DNA from: a virus
Taxonomy: Duplodnaviria > Heunggongvirae > Uroviricota > Caudoviricetes
Reading direction: 5' to 3' (one strand)
DNA: 64,000 bases
IMG/VR virus record: IMGVR_UViG_3300011337_000358
Part shown: positions 27,632 to 35,600 of the stretch, in pieces
Layout of the letters: every line of letters starts with the position of its first letter
How positions within the stretch are numbered: position 1 is the first letter of the stretch
Notes under the pieces: model-generated
What the model was told of the DNA's origin: nothing
Database searches by the model: none
Seen by the model: only the letters and a program-made list of their open reading frames with translations
Made by a program: the position numbers and the translations under genes

Positions 27632-28458
27632 AAAAAGTTTTAATTACAGGTAACTCAGGTTACATTGGCAGTCATCTAAGTAAGATGTTAATGGATACAA
27701 TGAAATATGAAGTTCATGGATTAGATATCCGTGACCCGCAATATGCATTGAATAGATTTTATCGTCAAGATATCAATAGACAATTTTCATTAGATGAAGA
27801 ATTTGATGCAGTCATTCACTTAGCCGCATTAGTTAATGTAGGTGAAAGTGAACAGATACCCATTCAATATTATATCACTAACTTAAATGGCACAATGAAT
27901 GTCATTAACAAAGTAAAGACTAAAAACTTTATATTTGCAAGTACGGGTGCCGCAGTTGGTTGCGAAAGTGCTTATGGTATCAGTAAACGTGCCGCAGAAG
28001 ATGTAGTCAAAGAATACTGCACACATCACAATAAAAAAGATTATACTATCTTTAGATTTTATAATGTGATTGGTACTACCGTTGTTCCACCTACAAATCC
28101 AGATGGATTAATGTATAACTTAATGAAAGCACGTGAAACAGGTGAGTTTACTATCTTCGGTAATGACTATGACGTTAGTGATGACGGTACATGTGTGCGT
28201 GATTATGTACATGTGAATGAAATTTGTGACTCATTAGCACAGGCTATCGAAAAGCCTAGTAACCAAATTGAATCATTGGGTCACGGAGTGGGATGGACAG
28301 TTAAAGAGATTGTCGATGAGTTTCAAAAAGTCAATCACGTTGACTTTGAAGTAAAATACGGCCCAAGAAGAAAGGGTGATCTTGCTAGTTCTGTACTAGA
28401 AGATGTTTCACCCTATATGCGTAATCTATATACTATGGATGAGTTGCTTAAGGTTTAA
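27628..28458 (+). CDS. NAD-dependent epimerase/dehydratase (extended SDR; UDP-sugar 4-epimerase-like)
   Basis: Rossmann 'ITGNSGYIGSHL' and catalytic 'YGISK' (YxxxK). Confidence 0.75.
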   Translation: MKKVLITGNSGYIGSHLSKMLMDTMKYEVHGLDIRDPQYALNRFYRQDINRQFSLDEEFDAVIHLAALVNVGESEQIPIQYYITNLNGTMNVINKVKTKNFIFASTGAAVGCESAYGISKRAAEDVVKEYCTHHNKKDYTIFRFYNVIGTTVVPPTNPDGLMYNLMKARETGEFTIFGNDYDVSDDGTCVRDYVHVNEICDSLAQAIEKPSNQIESLGHGVGWTVKEIVDEFQKVNHVDFEVKYGPRRKGDLASSVLEDVSPYMRNLYTMDELLKV

Positions 28459-28459
28459 T

Positions 28460-28933
28460 TTATAGACCAATCTTGGGTGGATACATTGGGCCAGACTTTA
28501 TTCGTTCACCACCGTCAAAGTAACTAATTTCTACTGGTAATTCTTTCCAGCCTAATCTATGTGCAGCCATGATACGATGATTACCTTCGTTTACCCAGGC
28601 ACTGCCATCATAGGCCACATTGATAAAAGGTTTGTATTCTTCACTAGAGTGTGAATGTAATGGTAGCTTGCCGGTGTCCTTCATTATTTTCATAATTGCA
28701 ATAAGATCACCTTGACGCACATTTTGTTGTTCGTTTCGCATACCGGGTATTTGTCTTAGTAAGTTAACAGGAATTTCAACTTTTCTGACAGTAGCAGTTG
28801 TCTTTCCCATGTAGGGCAAACCATTACGATCAGGACTTTTTTGCTTGGCATACGCAATAGCATCGTTTAGCCATTCCTCATTAGGCACATCAACACTAAG
28901 TGTTCCTTCAGTTATAAATTCTTTTGCTCTCAC
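28460..28933 (-). CDS. ParB/sulfiredoxin-superfamily protein with T4-type capsid-targeting N-terminus
   Basis: 'GNHRIMAAHRLGWKELP' matches ParB 'GERRWRAAKLAGL'. N-terminus 'MRAKEFITE|G' resembles the T4 capsid-targeting sequence / gp21 cleavage site. Confidence 0.55.
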   Translation of the reverse strand: MRAKEFITEGTLSVDVPNEEWLNDAIAYAKQKSPDRNGLPYMGKTTATVRKVEIPVNLLRQIPGMRNEQQNVRQGDLIAIMKIMKDTGKLPLHSHSSEEYKPFINVAYDGSAWVNEGNHRIMAAHRLGWKELPVEISYFDGGERIKSGPMYPPKIGL

Positions 28934-29604
28934 ATTGATCCTTTAGAATTAACAAACCAGGGGTCAACTATAACTAATTCTCCATTACTACGTTGCATGA
29001 CATTTTCGGTGTGCAAGTCCCAACCAAATTTGTTTATTCTACCCGATTGATATAATAGTTTCATTACACTAAACAAGGTAGCATACGTCTTATAAAAAGT
29101 AACACCTTGCTGTGTCATTGCATTATCTATAAGTTTAGCCATTTTAGATGATATTGGGCTAGAGAAGAATTTCCAAGTTTCAGGATCAGTTAGTGAAGGT
29201 AAGATTTGTTGCCAAGTCTCACCTGTAACAGCATAGTCACTTAATATCCAGACCATTGCTTCTTCAACACTGTTCTTTTTAATAGGCTGAAGATGTTCCA
29301 TGTCAATTTGTATGTAATCCTCACCGGCAATATCGATTGTATTCATTTCATTAAATATAGGTAAACAAGAAATCTCAGGATGATTTTCACAGAATTCGTA
29401 AAACTTTTTAAATACTTTTTCAGCGTGACCACTAGGATCATCTGGCATTAATATTTTAATCACATGACTAGTATCTTTAGCCCATACTCTTGCATCAGCT
29501 CCGCTACCAATATGTTTGTAACCTAGTGATTTTAAATGCGCGGCAATTTCTTTGAAGGCTGGTCCTGTTGCAGCCTCATCTACTGCAAATTCATTGGCTC
29601 TCAT
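28930..29604 (-). CDS. Protein-kinase-like fold protein with capsid-targeting N-terminus (candidate injected kinase)
   Basis: Gly-rich loop 'IGSGADARVW'. Catalytic-loop-like 'WDLHTENVM' (D-L-H-x-x-N). 'LVIVDPWF' is DFG-like. N-terminus 'MRANEFAVDE|A'. Confidence 0.55.
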   Translation of the reverse strand: MRANEFAVDEAATGPAFKEIAAHLKSLGYKHIGSGADARVWAKDTSHVIKILMPDDPSGHAEKVFKKFYEFCENHPEISCLPIFNEMNTIDIAGEDYIQIDMEHLQPIKKNSVEEAMVWILSDYAVTGETWQQILPSLTDPETWKFFSSPISSKMAKLIDNAMTQQGVTFYKTYATLFSVMKLLYQSGRINKFGWDLHTENVMQRSNGELVIVDPWFVNSKGSM

Positions 29605-29783
29605 TTCTTGCGACCCCTAAACCCTACTGGCATCTGCAAATCATTAACGGGAAACATTGCTTTGAACCACTCATCAGTACCAGGCTTAGCAGTAATTTTG
29701 CTACGGTCTATAGGCACAGAAGATGTAGGTTTTCCTCTATGGTCGGTAACTCCTGCAAGTCTTTTAAGTTGATCTATGTTCAT
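29601..29783 (-). CDS. Hypothetical small protein
   Basis: ORF coupled within the minus-strand operon. Confidence 0.4.
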   Translation of the reverse strand: MNIDQLKRLAGVTDHRGKPTSSVPIDRSKITAKPGTDEWFKAMFPVNDLQMPVGFRGRKK

Positions 29784-30334
29784 AGACTCTTACCCCAGCG
29801 TGTGTTAATCACATTCCAGTTGATAATCTTCCACTGTTCAGCCAAATACTTTTTCTTATCAGCACCGTAGTCTAATATCCACGCATGTTCCCACCAATCA
29901 ACTAATAACAATATATCATTGCGTACTTCATGGTTCTTAATTGTTTTAATTTTACCATCAGTTGCTAAATATACCCACCCACTACCTTGTATCTTCATTG
30001 CTTCAGTTTCAAACTGTGACTTCATATTATCGTATGAGCCAAAATGTTTGTTAATAAAGCCCATCATGGGGCCGTTTGGATTGTTTTTATTTCTTACTTC
30101 ACGGAACTGAGGGAACAATGTATTATGTAAGAATGCACCTGCATAGTTAAATTCTTTATCTCCGATATCTTTGTTATATCTTTCAGCATAGCCATGTGCT
30201 AACTTGCCATAGTGTAAGTCTATAGTGTCTACCGACAAAACCGGACTTAGTTCTTTTGGCTCAAAATTAAGCTGAATGATTTCTATATCTTGAGGTTTTG
30301 ACTTATCCTCAAGTAACTGAATTAAATCACGCAT
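29780..30334 (-). CDS. Fe/Mn superoxide dismutase-like protein
   Basis: C-terminal 'VDWWEHAWILDYGADKKKYLAEQWKIINW' matches SOD 'DVWEHAYYL…Y……INW' (Asp/His metal ligands). 'HYGKLAHGYAERYNK' and 'AFLHNTLF' resemble the SOD N-terminal His blocks. Length is 184 aa. Confidence 0.6.
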   Translation of the reverse strand: MRDLIQLLEDKSKPQDIEIIQLNFEPKELSPVLSVDTIDLHYGKLAHGYAERYNKDIGDKEFNYAGAFLHNTLFPQFREVRNKNNPNGPMMGFINKHFGSYDNMKSQFETEAMKIQGSGWVYLATDGKIKTIKNHEVRNDILLLVDWWEHAWILDYGADKKKYLAEQWKIINWNVINTRWGKSL

Positions 30335-32115
30335 CAGTGTTTCAATAATAATGTAGAAATGATGTTAGGATCGTTAGCACTGATATCACCTTCACCGGGT
30401 GCAACGATAACATTGTACTTCATACCGGCTGGTATTGATTTACGTTTAGCCATGTACTGATTATAGTCTAATATAGAGTTGGCACTTAATCCATACTCTT
30501 TTGCAAGACGATTCTTTAGTTCAGGTAACTTATCAGGTTGTACTTGCCATTGGCCTTCTGACCCCTTAACTAAGTTTTTCTTTTCGTCCTTAACTAATAA
30601 ATCTTGGAACAAGTCATCTGGAACAATACGACTATTCTTAGTTTTATCTAAGTTAGCATCACTTGCCTTAACTTGTTTCTCTTGTGATGTATGAGCACCT
30701 TCACTCCAATTGATAATAAAGTTAGGTGGCTTCTGACCTAATGCGGCACCAGCCATCTTTGTGTAAGCATAGAACTTAGTATCAGGATGCTTTGCAGCCA
30801 TCTTTAATGCCAAGTCTAAATATTCTGGGCTGAAGAAGTCACCAGCATCATGCCAACGAATAGTAGTTTGCCAACCTTTAGGGAATTTCTTATCACCCTT
30901 TTGACCAGCTTGTTCTTCTTTGCTAATCTCACTACTTAATTGATTGAAGAACCCGTCTGGATCATTCAATAGATATGTTAATATTCTTCCGTCACTTTGC
31001 CATGCGTTCTTAAACTGAATTTTTCCGCCCTTCATAGCAAAACAATCTATTTTACATGAGCCTGCGCCCGGGCATGTATTAACAATGATTAGTTTATTTG
31101 TTTGTTCGTCTAGTGCAATACCAGTCAATGCCGCAAAGCCAACGTTGAAGAATTGTTCAAACTCTCCGTTACTATGCTTCATCTTTTCGTTTTGCTTTAG
31201 TAATGATTTAGGGCGTTGTGACAATGTTTTCTTAACTGCATCCTCATCATATGTTGCACCATCTGGACCTAAGTATTCAACTACACTACTACGGTGGATA
31301 TAAGGCATTTTGTATCTATCTGTTTTTGTTTTACCAGATACATATTTTTCATTACCCTTTTTATCTACCTTAACATTACCTGCTTTGTCTGTATCAGGAG
31401 TACCAACAATACGTTTCATGTAATCTTGGAACTCATCGCCACCAAACTCACGGCTACTTGCTGGCAGTTTAGTTGCTTCTTCTAAGCCAGATAGTTTGCG
31501 AATTCTATCTAAGCCTTCCGCCACACCTTCATTTGCACTTTGACTAGCCAATTTATAAATATACGCAGTACCGTTGGGTAATAGATACGTAGTATAATTT
31601 CCTATACCCCTCTCACCCATTTGAGCCTGTTGAATTTTTATCATTTTTGCGCCGCGCGGCGTTGGGCCATCTTTAGGTACCAGCATACCTTTATATTCTT
31701 TGCCTCCATGGTGCACAACTATACCAGTGTCGCTTCGTTCTACTTTTTCTGCTGTATCAACATTTTGATTTGGCATCTGACCACCAGATTTTTCTGCACT
31801 GGCTTGAAATCCTTGTTGAGCCATTTGTTGTGCGGCACTAGGTGACATTTGGCCATCAGCACCAAGACTAACTCTTGCGTGTGCAGAGCCAGCTGACCCT
31901 AACGCACCCATTGCACCTAATGCCATTGCACCTGTTGCGGCTGCTTTTTTCCAATTAATTTCGTCAAGTTGCTCTTCCGTCATACCTTCTTCTGATTCTT
32001 CATCGGGCATATCACCCGCTTTAGTAACGAATTGCTGAGGTGTCATAATTTGGATGCCACTAGGTGCTCCAGGCATTTTTGGCTCTACGCCTTCGAATAG
32101 TTCTTTGAAATTCAT
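30334..32115 (-). CDS. Large internal-protein-like protein (593 aa) with capsid-targeting N-terminus; Alt-like by architecture only
   Basis: N-terminus 'MNFKELFE|GV' (compare T4 Alt 'MELITELFDE'). Gly/Ala-rich linker. Shares 'EEQLDEIN' with ORF 2-955. Confidence 0.5.
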   Translation of the reverse strand: MNFKELFEGVEPKMPGAPSGIQIMTPQQFVTKAGDMPDEESEEGMTEEQLDEINWKKAAATGAMALGAMGALGSAGSAHARVSLGADGQMSPSAAQQMAQQGFQASAEKSGGQMPNQNVDTAEKVERSDTGIVVHHGGKEYKGMLVPKDGPTPRGAKMIKIQQAQMGERGIGNYTTYLLPNGTAYIYKLASQSANEGVAEGLDRIRKLSGLEEATKLPASSREFGGDEFQDYMKRIVGTPDTDKAGNVKVDKKGNEKYVSGKTKTDRYKMPYIHRSSVVEYLGPDGATYDEDAVKKTLSQRPKSLLKQNEKMKHSNGEFEQFFNVGFAALTGIALDEQTNKLIIVNTCPGAGSCKIDCFAMKGGKIQFKNAWQSDGRILTYLLNDPDGFFNQLSSEISKEEQAGQKGDKKFPKGWQTTIRWHDAGDFFSPEYLDLALKMAAKHPDTKFYAYTKMAGAALGQKPPNFIINWSEGAHTSQEKQVKASDANLDKTKNSRIVPDDLFQDLLVKDEKKNLVKGSEGQWQVQPDKLPELKNRLAKEYGLSANSILDYNQYMAKRKSIPAGMKYNVIVAPGEGDISANDPNIISTLLLKH

Positions 32116-32804
32116 TTCTTGTGGTTCCTAATAAATTGTTCTGCTAGCATTACTAATTCTTGCATTTGCTCAATAGATTCACAATGCCATCTACGTAAAC
32201 TCTTATTAATATTGCTGTTTGGATCACGTGCTGTTTTAGCACTTGTACGATGTTTCTTCATACCGCGCATTCTAGCGCAAAAACTAGCACGGCGCTTTGC
32301 GTCCTTGCTACCCTTTTTAATCTTGCTTGGCTTTTTAGTAACTGCTGTTTGAATCTTGCTACCAGGATGACTACGGCGATAACTACTTACAGATTTTTTA
32401 CTCATCCCACCTACACGTTTGTTATTGTGCTTTGACCAATTCTCGCCTTCCGCCACACCTTGACTTAATAATTTTTTAACAGATATTGGACCTGATTGAT
32501 TTTCTGCACCGGTTAAAAATTCATTTCCCCATGGGGTTATCCAACCATCAAATTCAATATCATTGCCTTGAACCATAATATCATTATTACCATCAAGGTT
32601 TTGATATCCATTCAACTCTTTGTACCATTTTCTTAATGATTGTAACTTGTATGGACCTTTGTAGCCTTGTTTTTTCAAAATAGAAATAATTTCCGGAGTA
32701 AATCCAACTGGTTGACCCTCAGATACTTTCTCTTTTTTGCTAATAGCAATAGCGGCTTGTTGTGCTGGATTTGCGGCTTCTGTTAAAATTTCTGTTATTC
32801 TCAT
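32112..32804 (-). CDS. Basic internal-protein-like protein with capsid-targeting N-terminus
   Basis: N-terminus 'MRITEILTE|A'. Very basic C-terminal half. First gene of the minus-strand operon. Upstream 'GATAAATA' (rc of 32860-32867) is T4 late-promoter-like. Confidence 0.5.
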   Translation of the reverse strand: MRITEILTEAANPAQQAAIAISKKEKVSEGQPVGFTPEIISILKKQGYKGPYKLQSLRKWYKELNGYQNLDGNNDIMVQGNDIEFDGWITPWGNEFLTGAENQSGPISVKKLLSQGVAEGENWSKHNNKRVGGMSKKSVSSYRRSHPGSKIQTAVTKKPSKIKKGSKDAKRRASFCARMRGMKKHRTSAKTARDPNSNINKSLRRWHCESIEQMQELVMLAEQFIRNHKK

Positions 32805-32822
32805 AATGGTATCCGTAAATAG

Positions 32823-32851
32823 TTGACTTTATTGCGTAGTTGTGCTACACT
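32823..32851 (+). promoter_or_regulatory. Promoter TTGACT-17-TACACT for uvdE. The divergent region also carries rc 'GATAAATA' (32860-32867) for the minus-strand late operon.
   Basis: Hexamers; T4 late promoter consensus is TATAAATA. Confidence 0.5.
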
Positions 32852-32880
32852 GTATATATTATTTATCACTTTGGGCTTTT

Positions 32881-33909
32881 ATGTACACAAATCAATCAGT
32901 CAAACGTATCGGCTTTGCTTGCAAATGGGCAGAAATCAACAAGAAAGGTGAAATTGCTTCAGCCGAAGGTCTTAACACTGGCGGCACAACTCATGCTTGG
33001 GCAAAGCGTAATAGTCGTAATGTAGTAGAAGAAAAGATTATGGATGTTGCAAAACGCAATATTATGAATACACATGCACTAGTTAAACGTGTCGCTACAC
33101 TAGAACCACAATTACGTATGTTGCGTCTTACTAGCGATATGCTGAGTTTTTACACACTAGATGAATATAAAGGCTTTTGGCAAAGTAGTGATGTACAAAA
33201 CAGCTTGGCTCGATGGTTTGCCCCGATCGGGGAAACAGCACGTGCCAATGATGTTCGTCTTAGTTTTCACCCTGACCAGTTTGTAGTTTTAGCAAGCGAC
33301 CGTGAAGAAGTAGTAAATAAGAGTATTGAAGAATTTGAATATCATTGTGACATGGTTCGTTGGATGGGCTATGGCAAAGAGTTTCAAGACTTCAAAGTAA
33401 ATGTACATATCTCGGGACGTAAAGGCCCACAAGGCATCAGGGATGTGTACAACAGATTGTCGCCAGAAGCGAGAAACACACTAACACTAGAGAATGAGGA
33501 ATACACACATGGACTTACTGACTGCTTATCATTATCTGACCTCGTACCTACGGTCATGGACATACATCACAATTGGATTCGTGAGGGAGAATATATTTCC
33601 CCCAATGATGACAACGTTAAAAAGGTTATTGATAGTTGGCGCGGTATTAGGCCTACTTTACATTACTCCGTCAGCCGTGAAGATGTACTTGTCGGGCATT
33701 CCGGATCACAGTTACCCGATCATGGTGCGTTGATTGAATCTGGATACAGTAAGCAAAAACTTCGGGCACATAGTGATTACTATTGGAACGAAGCTGTGAA
33801 CGATTGGGCATTGACATTCATTGATAAATTTGATATGATGTGTGAATCGAAGGCAAAGAATCTTGCCAGCTTTAAATTATTAGAGAGATATAAATGTTTG
33901 ACAAAATAA
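32881..33909 (+). CDS. uvsE: UV DNA damage endonuclease (UvdE/UvsE) homolog
   Basis: The ordered blocks match B. subtilis UvsE: 'RIGFACKW' / 'RFGFVSNA', 'VRLSFHPDQFVVLAS' / 'LRTSFHPNQFTLFTS', 'VNVHISG' / 'INIHIGG', 'TLTLENEE' / 'RMTLENDD', 'DIHHNW' / 'DFHHF', 'RAHSDYV' / 'RSHADYV'. Promoter TTGACT-17-TACACT at 32823-32851. Confidence 0.8.
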   Translation: MYTNQSVKRIGFACKWAEINKKGEIASAEGLNTGGTTHAWAKRNSRNVVEEKIMDVAKRNIMNTHALVKRVATLEPQLRMLRLTSDMLSFYTLDEYKGFWQSSDVQNSLARWFAPIGETARANDVRLSFHPDQFVVLASDREEVVNKSIEEFEYHCDMVRWMGYGKEFQDFKVNVHISGRKGPQGIRDVYNRLSPEARNTLTLENEEYTHGLTDCLSLSDLVPTVMDIHHNWIREGEYISPNDDNVKKVIDSWRGIRPTLHYSVSREDVLVGHSGSQLPDHGALIESGYSKQKLRAHSDYYWNEAVNDWALTFIDKFDMMCESKAKNLASFKLLERYKCLTK

Positions 33910-34325
33910 AAAACTTATTTAAAAAGCCAGAACCTGTAAAGCCTGTACAGCAAAAGAAACCACGACAGCCTAAAAAGAAGAAGGAAGATACACCTCTTTC
34001 AGAAAAAGAAAAAGCTACAATGGAAGGCATGCCCTATGTTAATATTCTTAAAATGGAACTAGATCCATACGATATTAATACAGGTGCATTTGAATTAGAT
34101 TGGAACGATAAGTTTGTATTGAACTTAATCAAATCTGGATTTAAGATTCGTGAGGATGATACTGATACAATGATTGTTGAACGTTGGTTTCAAACAGTAT
34201 GCCGCAATGTCGCACTAGAACTCTATGAACAGCAACAAGCTGATCCAGAGAATCGTACAATGGCTAGTGAAATGCGTGTGGTCCGTGCTAAAGATTTGGG
34301 CGATGGCCGTACTGAGGTAAGCTAA
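33894..34325 (+). CDS. Hypothetical protein with basic Lys/Pro-rich N-terminus
   Basis: ORF. Confidence 0.5.
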   Translation: MFDKIKNLFKKPEPVKPVQQKKPRQPKKKKEDTPLSEKEKATMEGMPYVNILKMELDPYDINTGAFELDWNDKFVLNLIKSGFKIREDDTDTMIVERWFQTVCRNVALELYEQQQADPENRTMASEMRVVRAKDLGDGRTEVS

Positions 34326-34351
34326 TTTACCCAAAATCTTAACGAATAAAG

Positions 34352-34380
34352 TTGACATATATTCCATTTAACTGTATAAT
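34352..34380 (+). promoter_or_regulatory. Promoter TTGACA-17-TATAAT
   Basis: Consensus. Confidence 0.65.
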
Positions 34381-34415
34381 ACTATTTCTTTCAACAACTC
34401 TTAAGGGGTAAACAA

Positions 34416-35600
34416 ATGGCTTATTTCTATAAATGGAAAAACAATAGTCAAAAACGCAAACTTGTCCCAATCGACAATAAACTCAAACGTGAGAAGAATA
34501 CCTTTAAGGTTAAGGATGTTGTTGGATTAGCAAAAGAATTGAATGATCCTTCCAATACAGGATGGCATGACAACATTGCACACTATACTGCAAACAATAT
34601 TTATTTTGAACTTAACAAGCGTCCTAAGCATGACCAAATTGAATTGCGTCTGTTACTTAGTGACGAGGACATTCAACGGTTGTTAGATGGTGGACACTGT
34701 GCTGACATTTCGGCCCCGGGAGTATTTGATGAGCGCAGACTTAATCCCATTTTTGCTGTAAAATTACCTAACGAAGATTATTTTCACGTTACTGATGGCC
34801 AACACACTCTTGCAGTTATTGCTGGATTAGCACTAGCAGGTAGATTGAAACTTAATGGTAAAATCATTGAGTCAAAAGATTGGTTGAGCGTTAAGGTTGA
34901 TGTGATGTATGTAGAAAGTGATAGCCTAAGTTTTGCACGTAAACACTTCCTATATATCAATGGTGAAGGTAAGAAACCAATTGAAGAATATGATACTCAT
35001 GCAGTTAATACATTATGTGTTCGTTTAGATAGTGATACTGATCCAGATTCTCTCAAAGCAGAAGAATTGCAGGCTATTGCAGAAGAATATGGTATTACTA
35101 CATTACCTAAAAATCATTCTCAATCAGAAGAACCAAACGCAGTAACTCACATTAGTGGTATGAATAAGATGACTGCTGAGGCATGGCGCTTCTTATGTGC
35201 AAATCACGCAAAATATTGGTCAAGCGAGAAAGTTGACAATGCTGAATTTGGTTTGTTTGGTGGACTGTATGAACATTGTACTAAAACTAAATCTGGAATA
35301 CGTACTGATACTAAAGCATTCACTGAATTTCTCCGTGATTTTAATGCTACAGTAAAAGAAGTTTTTGTAAATCCAAATGGATTAAAGGAAGCTACTACTG
35401 AAGCATATAAAAAGTATTCACTGCAAACAGTTAAGTATGAAAAAAGTCCTGATAAAACAGTTGCATTGGCAATCGTACTAAAGATTTACAAAAAAGCAGG
35501 TGGCACACATATTGTTCCCGGAGTTATTATGGCTCACGCACAAGATGGGTACGATGTTACTGATTTTCTTTCTGATGAAATTAAGGCAAAGTTACCATGA
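34416..35600 (+). CDS. Hypothetical protein (394 aa)
   Basis: Strong promoter at 34352-34380 and RBS AAGGGGTAAACAAATG. Confidence 0.6.
   Translation: MAYFYKWKNNSQKRKLVPIDNKLKREKNTFKVKDVVGLAKELNDPSNTGWHDNIAHYTANNIYFELNKRPKHDQIELRLLLSDEDIQRLLDGGHCADISAPGVFDERRLNPIFAVKLPNEDYFHVTDGQHTLAVIAGLALAGRLKLNGKIIESKDWLSVKVDVMYVESDSLSFARKHFLYINGEGKKPIEEYDTHAVNTLCVRLDSDTDPDSLKAEELQAIAEEYGITTLPKNHSQSEEPNAVTHISGMNKMTAEAWRFLCANHAKYWSSEKVDNAEFGLFGGLYEHCTKTKSGIRTDTKAFTEFLRDFNATVKEVFVNPNGLKEATTEAYKKYSLQTVKYEKSPDKTVALAIVLKIYKKAGGTHIVPGVIMAHAQDGYDVTDFLSDEIKAKLP

Noticed and set aside
30334-32115. Calling the 593-aa capsid-targeted protein an Alt-type ADP-ribosyltransferase
   Set aside because: Only the N-terminal targeting motif resembles Alt. 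No R-S-E/ExE ADP-ribosyltransferase motifs are recognisable by eye.
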